From positions 1 through 64,000 of the forward strand of contig JBEUKZ010000113.1 in NCBI GenBank assembly GCA_048128005.1: 64,000 bases of DNA. The letters are read 5' to 3'. Of this stretch, positions 30,801 to 42,850 are shown one piece after another (positions within the stretch are counted from its first letter, which is position 1; every line of letters begins with the position of its first letter). The notes under the pieces are model-generated. The model was given only the letters and a program-made list of their open reading frames with translations. It searched no databases and was not told the DNA's origin. The translations under genes were made by a program, and so were the position numbers. This DNA comes from Veleropilina oligotropha. Lineage: Eukaryota.

Positions 30801-31855
30801 GTCGAACAGCTCATCCCCGGCTTTCGTCATTCCGTTCTGGAAGTGGTCCACCACACAGCGAACGAAGCAGTTCACAAACTCTCCGTCTTCTTGAGGGGGG
30901 CTAGCATTGGCCCCGGCTCTCCTTTTTGCTCCGGAAGCGGACGCAGCGCGTACCGGATGTAGACGAGATACTCTCGCCCCTTCTCCCACGCCGCCTGGTC
31001 GATGCCGTGAAGAGCCCCGGCGCTGACCTGGTCTCCGCGAACCACCCCCTGCCCCTTAATGCGCTGCTCAGAGACACCCACTTCCTCTGTCACTTGGGCA
31101 AGAGGCTCCTTGGCCGATTTTCCTACTACCGTGAACAGCTTGTACTGGGTGTCGGGGTCTAGAAGTTCCAAAACCTCCGAGGCCATGCCCAGCGTCACCC
31201 GAAGATCCCTCTTTTCGCACGATACCCAATACACCGCGCCTTCGTCTATGATGTCAGGCCCCCGTACAACCGCCTGGAAGTCGAATCTACGACCATCAAC
31301 AGCCTCGGTAATCTCTTTACGGACGACATCGGCGCCCGTCTTAATATACGCCCCATCGGGGTACAGGACTGCGACACCGTCAACGAGAAGGGAATAATAC
31401 TCATCCGAGGTTAGGCGATCTCTCGGAACATCCCCGGGGGGGGGGCCCCCCTTCCGAGCAATAGTCCCCGCAAGGGTCTCTTTCCGAGACCTAGTCAGAC
31501 CGTGCAGGTGTGGCTTGATGATTCGATCCGTGATGTTACGAAGTGGCTTCTGTCGTAGGAGGGGCGTCTTCTCAGCCTGGGTGGTGTATTTACGGGCCTT
31601 GAGGGCCACATCGACCTCGTCCTTAAGCTGCTGCAATTCGCGAGCACGACGGCCTCGTTTGTGGGGGTTCTCCACATCTCCACGGATGGAGGGGAATCTT
31701 CCCGTCTTCATTGCCCGCTCGAGTCTCCTCCGAAACTCAGCAGCACGGACCCCGGCGATTGCCCTGATGAGGTCGTGTTTCTTGAGCTTCGACCGATCGG
31801 GAAGCCCGTAATCTTTCGCTAAATTGCGTAGTTCTCTGAGGGAGGCACGTACCAT
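27837..31855 (-). pseudogene. Second OTU-PolB-SF1 helicase-HNH replicase, subgenome B; frameshift near 30895 and nonsense codon at 30333-30335
   Basis: VNCF...CHNNHAW; LDMRAAY, FVGKC and VCTDAIY; GQGGSGKT, IIIDE, GDMGQIPP and TVHRVQGKT; CVVC...SIDRLDASQGH...NVRLTCLSCN. Confidence 0.85.
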
Positions 31856-31897
31856 CGTGACATGATATGGATATACCAGGCTCTAAATGGAAATTTT

Positions 31898-32191
31898 TTA
31901 AGTCGCGCGCGACCGCAACTCACACAATACTTTGCCGTAGAGACGGCGGGCTCTTTTTTCAGTGTTTATGAGAGCCTGGGCGCCGCGATGACCTCCACAT
32001 GGTATACACAACAGAACGGCCGATTTCGTACCGACACCACACCTCTTACATGGCAGGGGTGATGTTCTTCCCATCCGAATTTGCTGTCTATGTGTCTTGC
32101 AAAATTCGTTGATGCAGGTACGACCACAAACCCCAACGGTATTAACTTTTAACCAAGGGCATAGATTCGTTCCCCACATGACGTATAGCAT
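31898..32191 (-). CDS. Small Cys/His-rich zinc-finger protein, subgenome B
   Basis: Same Cys/His spacing and genomic position as 22536-22811. Confidence 0.7.
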   Translation of the reverse strand: MLYVMWGTNLCPWLKVNTVGVCGRTCINEFCKTHRQQIRMGRTSPLPCKRCGVGTKSAVLLCIPCGGHRGAQALINTEKRARRLYGKVLCELRSRAT

Positions 32192-32265
32192 TGCATATAC
32201 CAGTCTCTAATAGATTATGACACTAATCTATTGAGCCCGGATATCACAGAGAGTCCGCCGATAGT

Positions 32266-32529
32266 CTAGACAGCTTTGGACGACGGGAATTGTGTTAAAA
32301 CTCCCTTGTTGCCGTCTTCGGTCTTCTTCCTAAAGACCGCCTGGTCACCGTCGTTGAGCTCAACAATCAAAACGTCGTAGCCTGTGTTTAGGAGGTTTCT
32401 AACGCACCTGGAGCTCCCTTCGCCGTGCAGCGTAGGAACGTATTCCAGGTCACCCTCTCTATCGTCTGGTCCGTTTCCAGAGTTGTCATCTTGATCTCGC
32501 TCTCGCGGTATCTTGGGGGGCTGCGACAT
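32266..32529 (-). CDS. Chimeric 87-aa ORF next to the right TIR
   Basis: Starts MSQPPKIPRERDQDDNSG, similar to the C-terminus of 15460-16200, and sits behind the same upstream cassette as the KAPA gene. Confidence 0.45.
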   Translation of the reverse strand: MSQPPKIPRERDQDDNSGNGPDDREGDLEYVPTLHGEGSSRCVRNLLNTGYDVLIVELNDGDQAVFRKKTEDGNKGVLTQFPSSKAV

Positions 32530-32582
32530 GTTGCTTTCAAGTATAACTACACACCGTCTAATATACCAGTTATTTCGCACCG

Positions 32583-32693
32583 ACTGCCCTAGGAGTATAG
32601 ATTACGAGCCCCTCTCAGTTCTGAAATAGGGCTGGGAGCCTCCCCGATCGCCCCGGGCCCCCCTAACTTAGTCTAAAACCCCCTAGTCCCCCC
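32583..32693 (-). repeat. Right TIR of the viral element
   Basis: Reverse complement of 8014-8129, followed by the TSD CTATC. Confidence 0.95.
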
Positions 32694-33558
32694 CTATCGG
32701 ATTCCGAAAAGAATACGAATAATCATGATAATCCAATAAACCTTGTAAATCAAATGCATATTGCTCCATTATTACCAGATTACGAGTACATCCATTCGGA
32801 GTGAATAATCCATCGCATAGGTCCATCCAATGCCCGAAATTCTCTTTATGGTTTAAATTATAATCCATTACAGAAATGGGACGCTGAAAAATACAGAAAT
32901 AATATTAAAGAAAGAACGAAAACAAGTATCAAAAATCAGTAAATGTCTTGTTTCACCAATACAAGCAAAGTTTAGGTGGAACCAATTCCAGAAATGATTC
33001 TGATCATCCGCAATCGGCCAGGTATCATTTCTAGATAAAAATTAGTTCATTATACAAATCTGTTCTCGGTCATTCATGCCAACGCTATGCAACTGTGTTT
33101 TACATTTAATTCTAAGTGCAGTATCAATGCATAAACGTAATTAATGTTTGGATGATTCGTGCAGCTAAACACAAATATTATATTCCCCGTTAAAATTATA
33201 CTCTAACATTATAGTTTGATGATAGTCTAAAACAGTATATATAACATAAACAGCACCAATATTCAATACAAATTCAAATTTGCTATTTTAAATATCATAA
33301 CTTTTGTAACTGAGACCGGAGGTTTACATCGCTATGATATCCAAACAAATGTCGGTGAATGTTGACAACATTGAGAAATGAACATCTACGCGCAGCATGC
33401 TTTTTCAGCATTGTCAAAATTATCCTGCATGTTTGCCTAATTATGATAACAAAGACTGTCTGATGATGATTGTCCATTGATATGACAAATTAGGAAACAG
33501 AGACGCATCCAATATGAAGACAATGGGGAAGCAGTGATTTAAATCGGAAATACGCCTC

Positions 33559-33642
33559 AAAGTGTCCATTATGTCAGATAATAGACAGTTCTCGGCGCTA
33601 ACGCGCCTCGAACTGTCTATTATCTGACATAATGGACACTTT
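33559..33642. repeat. Perfect 32-bp-arm palindrome with a structured loop
   Basis: aaagtgtccattatgtcagataatagacagtt-ctcggcgctaacgcgcctcg-aactgtctattatctgacataatggacacttt. Confidence 0.9.
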
Positions 33643-36312
33643 TCGGCCTATCTCCTTCACATTAGGCCTAACAAATTTAATTGGTCTAGTACTGGACAGA
33701 TGCGATTATTCAGTTTAAGTACATGGTCATCATGCGATAAAGGCTGCTCACACATTCACGAAAATTACGTGCAATAGTCACTTTAACGGTTAAATGATGC
33801 AACATTCGTTTGCCAGGAATTTCTTTTGCTTTCTAGCAATTCCATATATTCATTTAAGTTTTCTATTGTCGGTTGTTGTTTGAATTTTGACATATAATTT
33901 TTGCGTACCTTCATTTTCGCAATTTTGCAATATTCATTAAACCAACGGTTACTTTTGTGCTTTAAATTTCGACAAGTTGAATACTTTGAGAATAAATAAC
34001 TGTAATAGAGGAACGACATGTAGACCGCCACATTCATATGACGCATTCGTATTTCAAGTTATGCTAATCAACCATAATATAAACAATTATCCATTTCGAT
34101 ATTGAAAACTGTTAGCATTCTATATTTGTTGCCTTTCTTTGTCACCCATGTCCATATAACAAATATCACACTCAAATCTGTCAAATTTACCACGTAATAT
34201 GCATTAATATTTACCCAATAACACAGCCAAAGCACTTTGGCTAAAATACTTTGTGCAATTTTAAACGTTTTCAAAGACAAGACAATTGTGAACACGATAT
34301 TATAGTTGTCTACTTTATTGATGCATATTGATGTATTACCCATAACCATTTGCAACACGACATGTTAAATGGCGATGAAAATACCATGAAGATTCTACGG
34401 CAACTTCTGACCCCTATTATTGCTTATTTTTAGATCTTTATTGTAAACACCAGAGAGCGAGGTTGCATTTTGCTTTTCTACGTAGCACTGGCACATCTTG
34501 AGATGATTTCGCTTTCACACCTTGTTTATAACACAAAATGATAAACGATATGTCGGAAACACTCAAACTGGTATATAATACTTTAGAGAGTTTTGCGTAG
34601 AATGTTCAGTGTCAGTATCGTGTAAATAAATGATTATCAAAATAGACAGACTACTTAATTGCAACTTTATTTTATTTTATTGGTTTGCGATGTAATTATC
34701 TTAAAAACCTGAAAGATAATTAAATATTATGAATTCATCAAATGTTAAGATATTAGCTTTATATAAAGAGTTACTTATTATACAAAATGTGTAACAAATG
34801 TGGCGTTTTAAAGCAAAATGTTGTTATTTTTCCCCCGCAAACGAAGTTTGCTGGGCATATAGTGTTGCCCACGTCCCGCCGTCCGTCCGAACTTCCGTTT
34901 CCGGACAAAAAATTGAGAATGCCTTCATGGAATTAAATTAAATTTATCATTGAAGAGTATGATCATAATATCTAGGTGGAGCTCGATTTCGGTAAAATTC
35001 AGACGTCACATAGGGGCGTTTTCGCATTGTATTTCAATTCAATCCAATTCAAGTTTATTAAAGGTAGGTATAATATATGCTTGTATCCATAAATAACAGA
35101 GTAAATAATTACAGAAAGGTGTTTATAAAGATTTCACATTATAACATTATATCATTTGCAGATTCTATTTATGTATGCTCAGATACAGGAAGGAATGTTC
35201 CTAAATATAAATTGCCATTATGCATTCTGTAATGTATTATGCATTCAGTTTATGTATTATTTATATGAGTTTATGTATTATAGTGTATTAGGTGTTACAG
35301 TATCAGTGGATATTTAACATTGTGCACGTTATAATAGATAAAAAGCTTGTACTCATGCGATCATGCATTAATACAATTTATCATATATCCGGGTCATTTT
35401 ACATAGCACCAAAGTGTTTAATAAAAACGATATTACTTACTTTAAGTGTGTAATATCGACTTTCTTATAATTTTGATTGGACATGTTATCAATGAAACAG
35501 AATAACATCCAATGATAGAACGGGTCATACAAGGTCATTTACAGTGTATCGGACTATATTCTATGATGCGATTTCGGCGATATGTGATTTAATCGATCAG
35601 AAAAACATGGCCACGGTCAAGTGAAAATACTGCAACTAACGACCAATATTTAGTTGAAATATTAAGTGCAGCCATCCATATAAGATCGTTTAACTTTCGA
35701 TAGTCATAGCATACATAATACAACGTAGTAGGCCATGTTTGCAATTTAGTTTCTGTTATGCAATCTGTTTGATGTACATTCCAGTCATTATACCGCCTTA
35801 TTGGCGTCGATTCGAACTTATGTGAAATGGAAATTAACATATTAACGTTGCATTTTTACAAAATTATTCTGGAAACGTGTTTATAATTGTTAACATATAC
35901 AAAACCGACCATTTTGTTATTGCTCTGATGCTTTATATGTAAGCAAACGTAGTTTCGTCGACAGCAGACGACAAATTGTGCCGACCTCTTATACGATAAA
36001 GGGAAATCGACATACATTAGTCACGCGCGACACGCATTTCATGTTCTTTGAATAGAGCTTGTTGGATTAGTATAATATTGATAAAGCGACATTTGTTCTT
36101 TTCATAACAGCATTTGTTGCTCTTTATAGTTGATAGAGTGGGTAAAAACGGGATTATTTTTCACACCCAATGCCACTGTCACATTTACAAATTTCACCTT
36201 CTGCAATATTACTACGCCGCATAATTGTGGTATGTTAGAAGGGGTCAACAAAATTAAAAGCAACGTTGTACAGCTTGTTTCCTTATAAATTTGAGATATA
36301 TGATAAAAAGAA

Positions 36313-36453
36313 TCTCACATTCGGGGTCATTTAATATCACATTTATGAAACTCGTTAACTAATTTTCATATTTTCCTTGGTGAAACCTCGGTAAATATGA
36401 ATATTAGTTAACTCGTTTCATAAATGTGATATTAAATGACCACCCATGTGAGA
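36313..36453. repeat. Long imperfect palindrome (foldback MITE-like)
   Basis: ggtcatttaatatcacatttatgaaac...gtttcataaatgtgatattaaatgacc arms around a ccttggtgaaacctcgg loop. Confidence 0.8.
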
Positions 36454-38229
36454 CTCCCTCTATTATAGCCATTATCATGGCCACACGTGTATACGCAATC
36501 ACACTCGCACATATGCACCCATACAGCTAATGACTAAAAGATGCTTAGACAAAAGCATTAAATTCCCTTACATAATACATATGCACAATATAACAAGAAA
36601 TTAAAATATATAAACCAGTACAATAGTTCGTAATAAGTACAACAAGTATGACGTCATACAAATGTTAGTACATTATCAATCCGGTCGGTTATTTCCAAGA
36701 ATGACTGCATGTTTTAAGCATATTTCAAGATAACTTAATGTTTTTAATGATTCGGAAGCCACTAGGTTTAGATATTTCTGTAAGGTGGGCCAACTGGTAT
36801 AGTATTCGGGGAGATATTTTATTCTGAGTTCTATATATTTTGGACAGACAAGGACAAAATGATATTCGTCCTATACTGCATTCTGTGTACGGTGTTGGCA
36901 CAATCTAGCTTGTCTCTCAATCCCATAGAAGCACTTCTTCGACTGCGATTTTACAAGTATTACTTCAGATATATGCTATTAATTTTTTCGAATCGCGATT
37001 TTTAAGTAATAAATATTTGTCGCATTACATTATTGGCTTGTATTCGGCATAGTATCGTAATTTGATGAAGTATGTATATAATTGTGCCAACACTGTTTAA
37101 ACTGGTCATGTAATCACTGTAGTAATAAAGATATAATAACATGTGTTTCATTCGTTTCCGATGTTACATCCTATTGTATTCGATTCTTGCAATCGTGATA
37201 CCGAAAGCTTTTGAAGATCATGAAATCAAATTTGTTATATATATTTTTTTGTTCATTTCAATTTGTTTCTAAAATGATAATCGAAAAGGTCAGTTTATCG
37301 TGGTTAACATGTCTTCGATGTGTATGTAACACGTTCATATATCGCGAACAATACAAATAATGTTTTACATAGCCAGATTACGGCGGGTAGGCAAAGTTGA
37401 ACACAGGTTGTGCTTGGACTGATGCGCATGCTCATAATGTTGAAAGGTGCAACACAGGCGGATACATTAAGTATGATTATCCGGAAAGCCATTCAAATGA
37501 AACGCTGTTAAAAGTGGTCATAAAACATGCGACGCAACACTATTTTATCAATAATTAGCGATCTATGGCTCTGTGGATTATGTTTCATCGAAATAAACCG
37601 CCACTTTCAATGTTTGAGTTGACCACAGAAGTACATCGGGTTCAAGTTTGCTAACCAAACAGAAAACACTCTATGGTATTGAAACAACAGTACGCCGACG
37701 AGCTCATTATATGAATTTTGGAGAAGTAACAAATGGTCTGGTAAAGATTTTTTCAATTATTATGCGTCCATTAACTCTAAATCAATAAAGCAACATAATT
37801 AGAACAGGACGTTTGATAATGCTTCCGTAATGTTAAAGTGATGCCTTAAGAAACATTACTCATTTAGAAACGCGAATATGTACAAGCTCATTCTCATGCA
37901 CACGGACATAAGGTAAAACGCACACAATGCAAGCAAACACACACATAAAGATACACACAAACGGCATATGTAAACTAGTGGTTTTCTTCAAAATGTAAGA
38001 AAATAGAAATGCTACGTACTAAACTCTTGGGATTAGAGTCTTGTTTCTCGAAAGGAGCTCACGCGATTTCATACTTTCATGATATACCATCTCAACATTG
38101 TATATGTTGTAGGTAACACCTAGATACGAACGCAGAATAGAGATTATACTCAAATAAAACTTATGAAATCCGTACCCTGTGATATCTTCTTTTTGTAACG
38201 CGTCTTTTATTCATAACGCCTAATGTTAG

Positions 38230-41200
38230 CTGGAACTTGTGACACCGAAACTTGTGAAATTCGTAAATCGAAAATCTAAACAACAACGCCGACAACTGGA
38301 ACGACTGTACAATCAGTCTAAGCTCCTCGAAGTGCACCGTCAAATATTCTGTCAACAGAAAGCCGCTAAAAATTCACTGATCAAGGAATCAAAGCAACGC
38401 TATTATAATGAGAAATTTGAAAAGTCAACAGACAGCAAAATCCTTTTTCAAGTTTCCAATGAATTACTGGAAAAAAGCAGGAAATTAACTTAACCCGATC
38501 ACATTAGTACGAGCGGCCTTGCATCAAAATTCAGTGATTACTTTTACCAATAAGATAAGATTAAAGATGCTGAATCTACATTCCTATGATATTTCGTATA
38601 AAAGAAAACTATAAATACGATATGGTATCCATACATGACATGTTTTTAGGACGAAGGAAAAGTTAAAATGCAACAAAAGGTGTTGCTAGCATTTAATAAT
38701 CGCTTCAGCCGACGTGGTATTTTAATCAGCGCGTCAATCCTCCGAAGCCATCTTATCTCATTTATCGGGGACGGACACATCCGATCGTTATTGGTTCAAA
38801 CGTCACGTGGTCCCGTCGATTTGATTGACACATAGATCTAAATATGATTACGTCTATGATTGACATCACACAGCAAGCAAAATGGAGGTCAGTGTTTATC
38901 GGTTCGCTGAAATTGATGTATTGCTTTGAAACATATAGCTACTTTCTCATAATTGTAGTATATGGCAGCAATACAAACATAATAACCATATTTATTTCAC
39001 CAACTAATTAGGCCTATTGCGCACCGCGACATTGTACTGACATGGGCATTCACTGTTTCAAGGGCTTCACTGTTTGTTTACAAGTTGAAGTAGCGCATCC
39101 AATTTTCATTTATAGCGTTATTTATTATTTCAAGTTTTTCGCGTACATCCATTTCACAGTCGATAACGGCGGCCTGCCTCCCTTTCTCGTGTCGACATCC
39201 GCCATGGAAACCGATATAAACAAACTCAGATAAGGTCGAACTTGAAATGACCAGGTAGATCGCGAGAGTGATTTAGGGCGGAGCTAAGTGACATGTTGAG
39301 CCGTCGTTCATTTCCGTATAAATCTCACGTACAATCGGCTCGAATTATGAGCGCGCGCTCATAATTCGATAAAAAAAATTCAAATATTTATTACTAAGTG
39401 AAAAACAATTTTGCGGTGTGTGGTAATCTCTGAAACGTCCTAACTATATGCAATAAATCAATGCAGAAAGTGTAAGATAGAACAGCATTTAAATACATTT
39501 TAGCGATCTGAAGTAGATCCTGCATCTTTAAGCCAAGAAAGCGTATCTGGAGATGACCAACCTATTATCAGCAATTCTCCGGTTTCATCTTGTTGGTCTG
39601 CCTTTTCCCCCGTCACGACTAGTTGAAGATAATTTTCTCATCGAACAATAAAACCAATGATTTGGATCGTATTCCAACCAAATTTCTGAAAGAGTCCATA
39701 AATGTTGTTATTCCTCTTCTTCAAAGATTCATCGGGAAATCCTTGACTGAGGGACACGTTCCTGATAACTTACAAGTTGCATTGATAATGCCTCTTATTA
39801 AGAATCATTCACTTGACCCGAATTGTTTAACAAACTATCGGCCTGTGTCCAATTTACCCTTTATCTCCAAAGTTTTAGAAAAGGTGGTGGCTTGTCAACT
39901 GCAAAATTATTTATCAACCGCAGGTTTATGCGAGCCTCTTCAGTCAGCTTATAGAGCAAACCACAGTACGGAATCTGGTTTAATTAAGGTTCAGAATGAC
40001 ATAATTTGCGCCATTGCAGAAACGAAGGTTGTTTTACTCGTTCTCTCAGACCTGTCCGCAGCATTTGATACAGTTAACTATCGTCTGTTGTTGCATGCAC
40101 TTCGCCAACTTGGTATATCAGGTACATTCTTGGATTGGTTTGAGTCATATTTATCCAATCGCTGGCAGAAAGACGGTATTTCCAAATCGATGTCACATGA
40201 GCAGCCATTAACTTGTGGTGTTCCACAGGGCTCCGTACTAGGACCTATTTTGTTTACCTTGTACACTATATATATATGGGCCACCTCTTAAGGGAACAAA
40301 ATGTTGCATACCACTTGTATTCTGACGACTCGCAGATTTATATATCTTTCAAGCCATCACATGGTTCAGATACTCTTAATGGAAAAATGTATTCGTCTTG
40401 TACGAGGTTGGATGGAAAATCATATGCTGTAGAGGAATGATGCCAAAACAGAAGCGATAGTTATCTCTTCTAAAGGTTTGTAACTGTGCGATACAATATC
40501 CGCAGTTAAGGTGGGCGATACTTGGTAGATACGATGAAGGGCGCCCAAAACATTGGCGTCATCTTTGATTCAAATATGTCAACGGAAGAACCAGTCAAGC
40601 TCATTTGCAAACGATGCTATTTTCAACTGTACAAAACTGACAAAATCCGACTTTTCCTGAATGAGAAGGTATGGGTGAAATTAATGCACTCTTTTGTAGC
40701 TTCCCATATAGATTATTGCAATTCGTTATTGTTGAGCATTCCAATTTCACTTCTGGCGAAATTGCAGCTGATCCAGAACACTGCTGGTTGAATAATTAGT
40801 GGAGCAAGGCGTTTTGACCACATCAAACCTGTTTTGAAAGTCTTGCATTGCTTGCCGATACAAGAGCGCATCACTTTCAAAGTGCTTGTGACTGTGTACA
40901 AATGTCTGCCTGGTCTAGAGCCACCATATCTCTGTTATTTCATAGTCCGCCACCAACCTGTACGTGCACTTGGGTCATCAAGACATACAATACCGAACAT
41001 TCCTTTCACTCTGTCAACCATTGCTAACGATAGAGCCTTTTCCTTTGCAGGGTCCAAGCTATGGAATACCTTACCCCAGCAGTTACAATCACCATCATCT
41101 CTGGAGATTTTTATGAAACATTTGAAAACCTATATATTTAAAAAGGAATTTAAACACGTGATTTTCTTTGTCGGTACTTTGGCGTAGGTTTTGTTTACCA

Positions 41201-41260
41201 TGTAAAGCATTTTAGAGCATTTCGATGGTTTACGCTATATAAAATTGTTTATTATTATTG
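38230..41260 (+). mobile_element. Degenerate L2-clade LINE (ORF2 fragments) interrupted by a MITE
   Basis: NYRPVSNLPFISKVLEK, QSAYR, DLSAAFDTV, GVPQGSVLGP, YSDDSQ, LHCLPIQERITFK and RAFSFAGSKLWNTLP occur across several frames. Ends in an (ATT)n-like tail. Confidence 0.85.
38561..39531. mobile_element. Kolobok-like MITE with a TTAA target site
   Basis: ttaa-AGATGCTGAATCTAC ... GTAGATCCTGCATCT-ttaa; it splits the L2 relic. Confidence 0.7.
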
Positions 41261-41664
41261 ACATCCGATTCAAGTAGTAAGGTATGCACAGCTATGTGTA
41301 TATATTGTGGTCATGTCCCTAATCTATAGAACGATCTTTATAGCCACTAGACATTGAAAGCGCTATGTTGAGAATTTATGTCGCTGCCCTTCAATGATAT
41401 CCTGGGAAAACCGAGGCACTGTATATGGAAAAAGCACAAAATGAACTTTCACACCGTTTCTGTTAGAAAACATCGGAACAGGTTTTTTGGTCACCCTGTA
41501 TCTAGTGTCAATAGTCATAAACGTGTAAAAATAGCTAGTGATGATTGGGGATTTAACAATCTACTCGGTCGCATAGAGTTATGCCCTGTTTAACGTAGTA
41601 CCTCTGCCCTCCATTATATCCTTGATGCGCCCCTGACGTTCAAGCTAAATTTATATCATAGGTA

Positions 41665-42850
41665 AACAAGAGCAATCAGAGGAGATTGCAAACTCTCGCC
41701 ACGGGGCCTAGGAAGACGATGGTGAAAGACAGAAATGTCTACGATCAATATTTCTAAACATGAATTACAATCATAAAATGTAATCACAAATTATAAAAAA
41801 AATAAGGAATAACAAAATTCAAATAAACATAAAGAAAATATTTTAGAAGTAACGGGAATAGAACCTCTGACCTCTAGATCTCTCGCCAACGCCTTAACCG
41901 TTTACGCCATACAGACAGTCGAATTACTACAGCTAATTTAGGCTATTTATATTTGGTGTTAGATTTTTGTATTTTCAAATTTTGCCGAAGCTGACAATAC
42001 TTAACTCGCAATAACTCAATAGTTACTAAAGCGATATACCTGAAAATGTCAAGAAAGATAGATTACGGTAACCTTGCTTAATGGTGTATATATCGCAGCG
42101 TCAGCAGTATTTAAAGAGCTATCACAAATATCGCAACGTCTCGATTTTGCCTTCGTAACAAAAATTATTGCTACAAATTCGCTCAAACACATAAAGTATA
42201 TCGATAAGAGGTGTAGATAATGTCCAACTCTGTCACTTGGTAAAATTTGAGGTGTCTGGTTTCAGTGGTTACAGATTTACGACATTTATATGCAATTTGC
42301 TTTGGTTGATTTATAAAATGCCTATAAAGTTCACATTTCACATTATTTTCAAAATACTTATACTGATATCAATATAATGTCATCATGACTATGATTTGCA
42401 TAACGAATTTACATAATTTAATTCGATTTGGCGAAATTAGAAATTGTCTCCCTATTTTTTAAATTTTAAATCCCCCTGGTGGCCATCTTGTGTGAGATAG
42501 ATTCTATATAATTCATGTTGTCATTGGCCCTGATCTAAAGAACATTTTTATCCTATTTTGAAGTTTGTACTATGAATCTTGTTAACGCTTCAGCCGAAAA
42601 CCTGTAAACCGGATATTGCGCCATAAAATCCGAACCCGGATAACAATCTTGAGGACCGAGCCAGGGAGAAACCCTACCTTGTGTAAAAATTTCAAGTTGA
42701 TCGGATCAATAGTTTTCGAGTTATGCGAATGGACATACATACATACAAACATACAAATATACAAACACATATATACATATATACAAACATACATACATAC
42801 GTACGTAACTAGAGTTACGACATTATATCCTGCTGGTGTAGCAATAACAT
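41665..42850 (+). mobile_element. HINE/DINE-1-like non-autonomous Helentron-type element
   Basis: Starts aacaagagcaatc...gattgcaaactctcgcc (short hairpin) and has an (ACAT)n microsatellite near the other end. Shares its terminus with 60705-61256. Confidence 0.5.

Larger units (their letters stand above)
8014..32693. mobile_element. Endogenous Polinton-like (MELD/adintovirus-related) dsDNA virus, chimeric, with TIRs and a 5-bp TSD
   Basis: TIRs at 8014-8129 and 32583-32693. CTATC at 8009-8013 and 32694-32698. Sharp GC increase relative to the flanks. Encodes MCP, penton, A32 ATPase, rve integrase and a replicase. Confidence 0.93.

Noticed and set aside
9299..31811. Many overlapping antisense or alternative-frame ORFs inside the virus (e.g. 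9299-9763, 11527-12303, 13483-14085, 21285-22058, 29877-30602)
   Set aside because: They are shadows of real genes in GC-rich DNA, carry no motifs and are not preserved between the two subgenomes.
23336..32693. Subgenome B as an assembly duplication of A
   Set aside because: The copies differ by many substitutions and have very different integrases and replicases. Only the junction itself needs read support.
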